64,000 nt of DNA from Blastocatellia bacterium (GTDB lineage: Bacteria > Acidobacteriota > Blastocatellia > UBA7656). Below the pieces are notes generated by a model. It saw nothing but the letters and a program-made list of their open reading frames with translations. It did not search any database and was not told where the DNA came from. A program made the position numbers and the translations under genes. Location: the NCBI GenBank assembly GCA_963765495.1, contig CAVXWP010000001.1:896001-960000 (forward strand). The letters run 5' to 3'. This document shows positions 58,117-64,000 of this stretch, piece after piece (within the stretch, counting starts at the first letter, position 1; every line of letters begins with the position of its first letter).

Positions 58117-58814
58117 TTGAACGAAGACTCAACATAGCCATAATTCCCGCCGCCGGTATCGGCTCGCGCATGCAGGCAAACCGCGCCAAACAGATGATAG
58201 AGCTTGCAGGCGTGCCCCTGCTCGTCCATACGCTCCGCCGTTTCGAAGAGTGCGATTGTATAGATCAGGTCATACTGGTTCTGCAACCCAACCTGACAAG
58301 CGAAGTCCTCGCGCTTATCTCTCGCCATAACCTGACAAAGATAGTCCGGGTTGTGGCCGGGGGAGCCGAGCGCCAGGACTCGATTTATCGCGGCCTTCAG
58401 GTTATAAGAGAAGAGGTCGCAGACATAGTAGCCGTTCACGACGCGGTGCGCCCGTTTGTGCGTCCCGAAGAGATTCAGGCGGTAGTCGAGCGGGCGCGCT
58501 CGACGGGGGCGGCGCTTATGGCCGTGCCTGCCACCGACACGATCAAGCAGGTGAAATCGGGTCGCGTTCAGCGCACGCTCGACCGCCGCCGCATATATCT
58601 GGCGCAGACCCCGCAGGCATTTCGGTTTTCCGTAATCCGCCAGGCCTATGAGCGTGCCTACGCCGACGGCTTCATGGCTACCGACGACTCTCAACTTGTC
58701 GAGCGGACAGGCCAGCGAGTCTCGATAGTCGAAGGCTCTCCGATCAATATCAAGATCACGCGCCCGTTCGATTTGAAACTGGCCGAGGTCATTCATTCCG
58801 AATTCTTCGGTTAA
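58113..58814 (+). CDS. ispD: 2-C-methyl-D-erythritol 4-phosphate cytidylyltransferase
   Basis: PAAGIGSRM, GGAERQDS, VHDAVRPF, QTPQAF and NIKIT. Confidence 0.96.
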   Translation: MIERRLNIAIIPAAGIGSRMQANRAKQMIELAGVPLLVHTLRRFEECDCIDQVILVLQPNLTSEVLALISRHNLTKIVRVVAGGAERQDSIYRGLQVIREEVADIVAVHDAVRPFVRPEEIQAVVERARSTGAALMAVPATDTIKQVKSGRVQRTLDRRRIYLAQTPQAFRFSVIRQAYERAYADGFMATDDSQLVERTGQRVSIVEGSPINIKITRPFDLKLAEVIHSEFFG

Positions 58815-58819
58815 GGCTT

Positions 58820-59314
58820 ATGAGCGAACCCTATCGCATAGGCACGGGCTATGACATTCACCGGCTGGTTGCCGGGCGCAGGCTTGTGCTCGGAGGGCTT
58901 GAGATACCGTTTGAAAAAGGACTGCTCGGCCATTCTGATTCCGACGTGCTCACACACGCGCTTTGCGATGCGCTGCTTGGGGCGGCCGCACTCGGCGACA
59001 TCGGCACTCATTTCCCCGATAGCGACCCTCGATTCAAAGGCGCATCGAGCCTTGACCTGCTCGCCCGCGTAGTCGCGCTTATCGCCGAGCGCGGCCTTCG
59101 AGTGGCGAATGTAGACGCGCAAGTGCTGGCCGAACGTCCAAAGCTTGCGCCTTACATCCCGGCGATGCGAAAACTTCTGGCCGATATTCTGAAGGTTGAT
59201 ATAGACCGTGTGAGCATAAAGGCGAAAACCAACGAAGGGCTTGACTCCATCGGCCGGGGCGAAGCGATGGCCGCGCAGGCCGTGGCACTCTTGGCAGTAG
59301 GCAGTAGGCAGTAG
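58820..59314 (+). CDS. ispF: 2-C-methyl-D-erythritol 2,4-cyclodiphosphate synthase
   Basis: RIGTGYDIH, GHSDSDV, GDIGTHFP and KAKTNEGL. Confidence 0.96.
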   Translation: MSEPYRIGTGYDIHRLVAGRRLVLGGLEIPFEKGLLGHSDSDVLTHALCDALLGAAALGDIGTHFPDSDPRFKGASSLDLLARVVALIAERGLRVANVDAQVLAERPKLAPYIPAMRKLLADILKVDIDRVSIKAKTNEGLDSIGRGEAMAAQAVALLAVGSRQ

Positions 59315-59460
59315 GCAGTTGAGTAAGGCTAACTATCAGTCTAATTGCAACTATATAATCGGGCGAATAGAAATAGACCACGGATGACGCGGATCGGGCG
59401 GATTTACGCGGATCTGATCATGGCTTCATAATAACTGCCTACTGCTTACTGCCTACTGCC
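59293..59460. repeat. Family-D inverted heptamer pair with a nested family-B half element
   Basis: (GGCAGTA)x4 at 59293-59319 and (ACTGCCT)x4 at 59434-59460, enclosing GGCGAATAGAAATAGACCACGGATGACGCGGATCGGGCGGATTTACGCGGATCTGA. Confidence 0.85.
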
Positions 59461-59515
59461 ACTTGTCACACACATAAGCCGCTAGTAAACTTACCCCAAC
59501 TCTGAGGAGGCTCCA

Positions 59516-61780
59516 ATGGCAGTTGGGCGAAACGTCTTGCGCAAAGAAGGACGCGACAAGATTACCGGCGCGGCCCTCTACATAGACGACATCGCGTTTG
59601 AAGGAATGCTCTACGGCAAGACCATTCGCGCGCAGGTAGCTCGCGGGCGCATAAAGAGCATTTCATTCGATCCGCAATTTGACTGGTCGCAAATAGTCGT
59701 CTGTGACTATCGCGACATCCCGGGAAAAAACTACGTCGCGCTTATAGAAGACGATCAGCCATTGCTTGCTGAAACCGAAATCCGTCACTATGACGAACCC
59801 GTCTTGCTTATCGCAGCCGAAAGCCGCTCGAAGGTGGAAGAAGCCGCCCGCCTTGTGCTGATCGAATACGAAGAACTTCCCACGGTTCTGACTATCGAAG
59901 ATTCGCTTCGGCGTGATGAACTGATCTATGGCACGGATAATATCTTCAAGCGATTTCTGATCGGGCGAGGCGATGTGAGCGAAGGGTTCGAGCGCGCCGA
60001 CCGCATCATTGAAGGCACATACCGCGTCCCGCATCAGGAACAGCTTTACATCGAACCACAGGGGATGATCGCCATACCGGGCGAAGGCGAGATGACCGTG
60101 ATGGGTTCGATGCAATGCCCTTACTACGTTCATAAAGCGATCAAACAACTCTTTAACCTGAGCGACGAACGAGCCGTCATAATTCAAACGACGACCGGCG
60201 GCGGCTTTGGCGGCAAAGAAGAGTACCCTTCGACGATAGCGGCTCACGCGGCCCTGCTCGCGCATAAGGCCCGACGGCCTGTAAAACTCATCTATGATCG
60301 CGCCGAAGATATTTCCGCCACAACGAAACGACACCCGGCCATCATCCGTCACAAGACGGGCGTGACTGGTGACGGGCGATTGCTTGCAAGCGAGATCGAC
60401 ATAGTGATGGACGGCGGCGCTTATGTTACGCTCACACCCGTAGTGCTTTCACGCGGCGCGATTCACGCGCTCGGCCCATACGCTTGCCCGAACGTGCGCA
60501 TCACCGCGCGAGCCGTTGCCACAAACACGCCGCCAAACGGGGCGTTTCGCGGATTCGGCGCTCCGCAGGTCGCCTTCGCCTATGAAATGCAGATGGAAAA
60601 AATCGCCGCCGCTCTCGGTATTGATCCGCTCGCCATCCGCCGCATAAACATGCTCGGCGAAGGCGACATAACGGCGACCGGGCAGAGGCTTACCTGGAGC
60701 GTAGGCTCCGAAGATGTTTTGAACGAGGCAATCGAACGGTCGGGATTCGTGGAAAAAAGAGAGACGCTTGCGGCTGCCTGTAACACACAGAAGCGGCGCG
60801 GCGTGGGGCTGTCTCTCTTTTTTCACGGCGCGGGATTTACCGGAAGCGGCGAAGCGAAGATGAAAGCGCAGGCCGGCGTCGAGATCACAGCCGAAGGGCG
60901 CGCCCGCGTTCTTTCGGGTTCGACCGAAATAGGGCAGGGAACTAGAACCATCTTTTGCCAGATCGTAGCCGAAGAGTTGGGAATCAGCTTTGAAGATGTC
61001 GAGATAGAAGACCCCGACACCTCTCGCGTGCCCGATAGCGGTCCCACGGTCGCCTCGCGAACCTGCATGGTTGTTGGCCGCGTAGTGCAACTGGCCGCCG
61101 CCGAAGCTAAAGAAAAACTGACCCGCTACGTACGCGAAAGATTTGGCGCGCCCGAAGCCGTGTTGACAAACGGCCATTTCACTGCGGAAGGTAAACCCCT
61201 TACGAGTCTCCGCGAGATGGCGGGCGAATACATTTCGCTGCACGGGCCGTTGCTCGCCTACGGGCGATACGCGAGCCCGCCGGGTATCGCGTGGGATGAC
61301 GACACCTATTCGGGAGACGCTTATCCGGTCTATTCTTGGGGAGCGGAGGTGGCCGAAATAGAAGTGGACATGGACACTTTTGAAGTCTCTGTTCTTAAAA
61401 TCACAACGGCTCAAGATATAGGCCGCGCCATCCATCCTTTGCTTGCGGCCGGGCAGATCGAAGGCGGAACATTGCAAGCGGTCGGCTACGGATTGCTTGA
61501 AGAACTTGTCTGGGATCGCGGGCGGATAGTCAATAATCGCCTGACCAACTACATCATCCCGACCTCGCTCGATGCGCCGGATATGGAGACGATCATCGTA
61601 GAGAATGCTTATCCGCACGGCCCGTTTGGCGCAAAGGGCGTGGGCGAACTGCCTATGGATGGAGCCGCGCCCGCAATCGCGGCGGCGGTCTTCAACGCCA
61701 CGGGCGCGATGGTAACCGACATCCCCATAACTCCCGAGCGATTGATGGTCGCTCTGGAAGCAGAGACAGTCGAATCATGA
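59516..61780 (+). CDS. Xanthine-dehydrogenase-family molybdopterin-binding subunit
   Basis: GGGFGGKE, AFRGFGAPQ, GQG, GQIEGG and GAKGVGE. Confidence 0.93.
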   Translation: MAVGRNVLRKEGRDKITGAALYIDDIAFEGMLYGKTIRAQVARGRIKSISFDPQFDWSQIVVCDYRDIPGKNYVALIEDDQPLLAETEIRHYDEPVLLIAAESRSKVEEAARLVLIEYEELPTVLTIEDSLRRDELIYGTDNIFKRFLIGRGDVSEGFERADRIIEGTYRVPHQEQLYIEPQGMIAIPGEGEMTVMGSMQCPYYVHKAIKQLFNLSDERAVIIQTTTGGGFGGKEEYPSTIAAHAALLAHKARRPVKLIYDRAEDISATTKRHPAIIRHKTGVTGDGRLLASEIDIVMDGGAYVTLTPVVLSRGAIHALGPYACPNVRITARAVATNTPPNGAFRGFGAPQVAFAYEMQMEKIAAALGIDPLAIRRINMLGEGDITATGQRLTWSVGSEDVLNEAIERSGFVEKRETLAAACNTQKRRGVGLSLFFHGAGFTGSGEAKMKAQAGVEITAEGRARVLSGSTEIGQGTRTIFCQIVAEELGISFEDVEIEDPDTSRVPDSGPTVASRTCMVVGRVVQLAAAEAKEKLTRYVRERFGAPEAVLTNGHFTAEGKPLTSLREMAGEYISLHGPLLAYGRYASPPGIAWDDDTYSGDAYPVYSWGAEVAEIEVDMDTFEVSVLKITTAQDIGRAIHPLLAAGQIEGGTLQAVGYGLLEELVWDRGRIVNNRLTNYIIPTSLDAPDMETIIVENAYPHGPFGAKGVGELPMDGAAPAIAAAVFNATGAMVTDIPITPERLMVALEAETVES

Positions 61781-62235
61781 AAATAGAGTTTCACGTCAAC
61801 GACGCCGCGCGCGAAATCGAAGCGCCGCCGATGAGGCGATTGCTCGATGTGCTGCGCGAAGACCTGCGGCTGACAGGAACAAAGGAAGGCTGCGGCGAAG
61901 GCGAATGCGGGGCCTGCTCGGTATTGATTGACGGACGGGTGATCAACTCGTGTCTGGTTCCCGTGTGTCAGGTGCGTGGCGCTCGCATCCTAACCGTCGA
62001 AGGGCTTGCCCGCGACGGGCGGCTCGACCCTTTGCAACAGGCTTTTCTTGAATGGGGCGGCGCGCAATGCGGCATCTGCACGCCGGGGATGCTCATAGCC
62101 GCTCGCGCCCTGCTCGATTCGAACGCAAATCCTGATCGCGAAGAGATCAAAGAAGCGATAGCGGGCAACCTGTGTCGCTGTACGGGCTATGTGAAGATCA
62201 TTGATGCGATAGAACGGGCCGCCGGGTCTCGCTAG
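61777..62235 (+). CDS. Xanthine-dehydrogenase-family 2Fe-2S subunit
   Basis: GCGEGECGAC, QCGICTPG and NLCRCTGY. Confidence 0.95.
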   Translation: MKIEFHVNDAAREIEAPPMRRLLDVLREDLRLTGTKEGCGEGECGACSVLIDGRVINSCLVPVCQVRGARILTVEGLARDGRLDPLQQAFLEWGGAQCGICTPGMLIAARALLDSNANPDREEIKEAIAGNLCRCTGYVKIIDAIERAAGSR

Positions 62236-62262
62236 ATCGGATTTCATTTGCGTATAAGATGC

Positions 62263-62379
62263 AATGTAGGGGCAGCCCGAATGAGTACATTTATTGTGGC
62301 TGCCCGGATCGCGCGTTAGCGCGATGACAGTCATCCCCTTTCAGGCGATTCGGGCAAGGACAAGCCTTGCCCCTACATT
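62263..62379. repeat. GTAG-type REP doublet (REPIN-like)
   Basis: AATGTAGGGGCAGCC...GGCTGCCC ... GGGCAAGG-ACAAG-CCTTGCCCCTACATT, with terminal inverted repeats and internal hairpins. Confidence 0.75.
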
Positions 62380-62407
62380 CAATCGGAAATTTGTATAAAC
62401 AAGTGTT

Positions 62408-63265
62408 ATGACCGATTTCTCCACAGTCCATTCGCCCGCAACGCTCGCCGAGGTTTACTCGGTTCTTGCCGAGCGCGGCAGGTCGGTGAAGATCATCGCG
62501 GGCGGGACCGATTTGATGGTATTGATAAATGCCCGGCTGCTCGATGCGGCAGAGTTTTTAGACATCTGGCGGGTAGACGAATTGCGAGGGATCAGCGACG
62601 ACGGCGACGCGGTTCGCATGGGCGCGCTTTCGACTTACACCGAATTGATCCATTCGCCGCTCGTTCAAAAATATGTGCCTGTGATGGTTGATGCTTCTCG
62701 CACGATAGGCGCGATCCAGATTCAAAATCGCGGAACAATCGGCGGCAATATAGTCAACGCCTCGCCTGCCGGAGACAGCCTGCCGGTGCTTGGAGCCTGC
62801 GCGGCTGAGATCGAAATAGGCAGCCTGCGCGGCACAAGGCGCGTGAGTTTTAACCAGTTTTATACCGGCTACAGAGAGACCGTGCTTGAGCCTGACGAAA
62901 TTGTACTTTCCGCTAGGGTGCCGAAACTAAAAGAGGGCGAGCGCGATTTTTTCTGCAAGGTAGGTACGCGGCGCGCTCAGGCCATTTCTAAAGTAGTCAT
63001 GGCCGCGCGAGCCGCGATGTCGGGCGAACGGATCGAATCAATCGCAATCAGCGTCGGCAGCGTAGCGCCTACGGTTGTGCGCGCGCCTGAAACGGAAGAG
63101 TTATTGATGAGCGCGCCGCTCACGCCACAATTGATCGAGCAGGCCCGAGAGATGATTGCGCGAGAGGTTGCGCCGATCACTGATCTTCGTTCGACCGAGC
63201 ACTATCGGCGGACCGTCACCGGCAATGTGCTTGCGAAGTTTTTGCGCCAGTTGATTCTGAAATGA
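62408..63265 (+). CDS. Xanthine-dehydrogenase-family FAD-binding subunit
   Basis: IAGGTDL, QIQNRGTIGGNIVNASPAGD and PITDLRST..YR. Confidence 0.93.
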   Translation: MTDFSTVHSPATLAEVYSVLAERGRSVKIIAGGTDLMVLINARLLDAAEFLDIWRVDELRGISDDGDAVRMGALSTYTELIHSPLVQKYVPVMVDASRTIGAIQIQNRGTIGGNIVNASPAGDSLPVLGACAAEIEIGSLRGTRRVSFNQFYTGYRETVLEPDEIVLSARVPKLKEGERDFFCKVGTRRAQAISKVVMAARAAMSGERIESIAISVGSVAPTVVRAPETEELLMSAPLTPQLIEQAREMIAREVAPITDLRSTEHYRRTVTGNVLAKFLRQLILK

Positions 63266-63277
63266 CTGATTGAGATG

Positions 63278-63403
63278 AATTTGAACGAAAGGCGAATAGA
63301 AATAGGCCACGGATGACGCGGATTAGACGGATCAACACGGATTAAATCATATCAGGTTCAGATCCGTGTAAATCCGTCGCATCCGCGTCATCCGTGGCCT
63401 ATT
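63278..63403. repeat. Nonamer-array hairpin element (family B), full copy with inverted loop
   Basis: Same leader and arms as 30581-30706; the loop is the reverse complement. Confidence 0.88.
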
Positions 63404-63436
63404 ACCGCTGGCCCTAAAATTAAGGAGACCTTTTTC

Positions 63437-64000
63437 ATGCATCGTCAAGTCCGCTTCGCGTTCTGGTCGCTCGCTGTTTGCCTTTTAACGATTGCCTGCG
63501 CCGCTGCTCAGGATAAAGCGAGCCTTGCTCATCCTCTTGACCCGCTCAGCAAGGAAGAGATCACCTCGGCGGTCGAAGTGTTGAAATCGGGCGGCAAGGT
63601 GAATGACGCGAGTCGCTTCGTTATGATCGCGCTGAACGAGCCGCCAAAAGAAGAAGTGATCAACTTCAAGCCGGGCGCCGCGATGCGACGCGAAGCTTCC
63701 GTCGTGGTCTATGAACGAGAGGCGAATAAGACTTTCGAGGGCGTGGTAGACCTGAAGAAGAAAACTGTTCTCGCGTGGCGAGAGGTCCCCGGTGTTCAGC
63801 CTTCGGCGTTGATCGAAGAATTCTTTTTCGTCCCCGGTCTTGTCCGATCTAACCCCGGGTGGCAGGAGGCCATGAAAAAACGCGGCATCACCGATTTTGA
63901 AAACGTGCAGTTGGATGCGTGGTCGGCAGGGAATTTCGGTTTCCCGGATGAAGAGGGCGTAAGAGTAGTCAGGGCTGTAGCGTATTACAGGGGCAAGTCC
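63437..64000 (+). CDS. Copper amine oxidase (primary amine oxidase), 5' part; runs off the window
   Basis: TAAGGAG RBS. Manual translation: MHRQVRFAFWSLAVCLLTIACAAAQDKASLAHPLDPLSKEEI...LNEPPKEEV...PGVQPS...AMKKRGITD...DAWSAG. HPLDPLS and GVQP are typical of the N2/N3 domains. Confidence 0.85.
   Translation, partial: MHRQVRFAFWSLAVCLLTIACAAAQDKASLAHPLDPLSKEEITSAVEVLKSGGKVNDASRFVMIALNEPPKEEVINFKPGAAMRREASVVVYEREANKTFEGVVDLKKKTVLAWREVPGVQPSALIEEFFFVPGLVRSNPGWQEAMKKRGITDFENVQLDAWSAGNFGFPDEEGVRVVRAVAYYRGKS

Noticed and set aside
4010-61618. Long antisense or alternative-frame ORFs (e.g. 4010-5113, 19621-20502, 22532-23368, 29210-30430, 60449-61618)
   Set aside because: They overlap well-supported genes on the opposite strand and have no recognisable motifs; expected in GC-rich coding DNA.

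Overview
Bacterial chromosomal window. The gene repertoire (carboxypeptidase-regulatory-domain TonB receptors, three CRTAC1/ASPIC-UnbV paralogues, DUF885, DUF5916) suggests Acidobacteriota, but this is inference. Bases 1-30.5 kb form a large carbohydrate-utilisation region: two TonB-dependent receptors, TPR and FG-GAP/ASPIC-UnbV proteins, a GntR/LacI-sensor regulator, a GH32/68-like hydrolase, fructokinase, a sugar ABC transporter, a debranching-enzyme-like glycosidase, two GH13 enzymes and an MFS sugar transporter. The rest is mostly housekeeping: a nuoI-sufBCDSU-sufT-rrf2-phhB run, a DPP-III peptidase, a frameshifted DUF885 gene, proC, cysK, an aroD-aroE fusion, radA-PIN/TRAM-ispD-ispF, a xanthine-dehydrogenase-family trio and a partial copper amine oxidase. 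The most unusual signals are non-coding. (i) A candidate sigma54-driven small RNA at about 56296-56436 (minus strand) carries two hairpins with an identical apical motif and covarying stems. (ii) A four-helix-bundle (IVP/Avd-like) gene is enclosed by inverted heptamer arrays. (iii) Several families of intergenic hairpin elements are built from 7-9-nt tandem units; some have a conserved core, a flipped loop, nested copies, or arms translated as protein termini. No rRNA, tRNA, CRISPR array or transposase was recognised.
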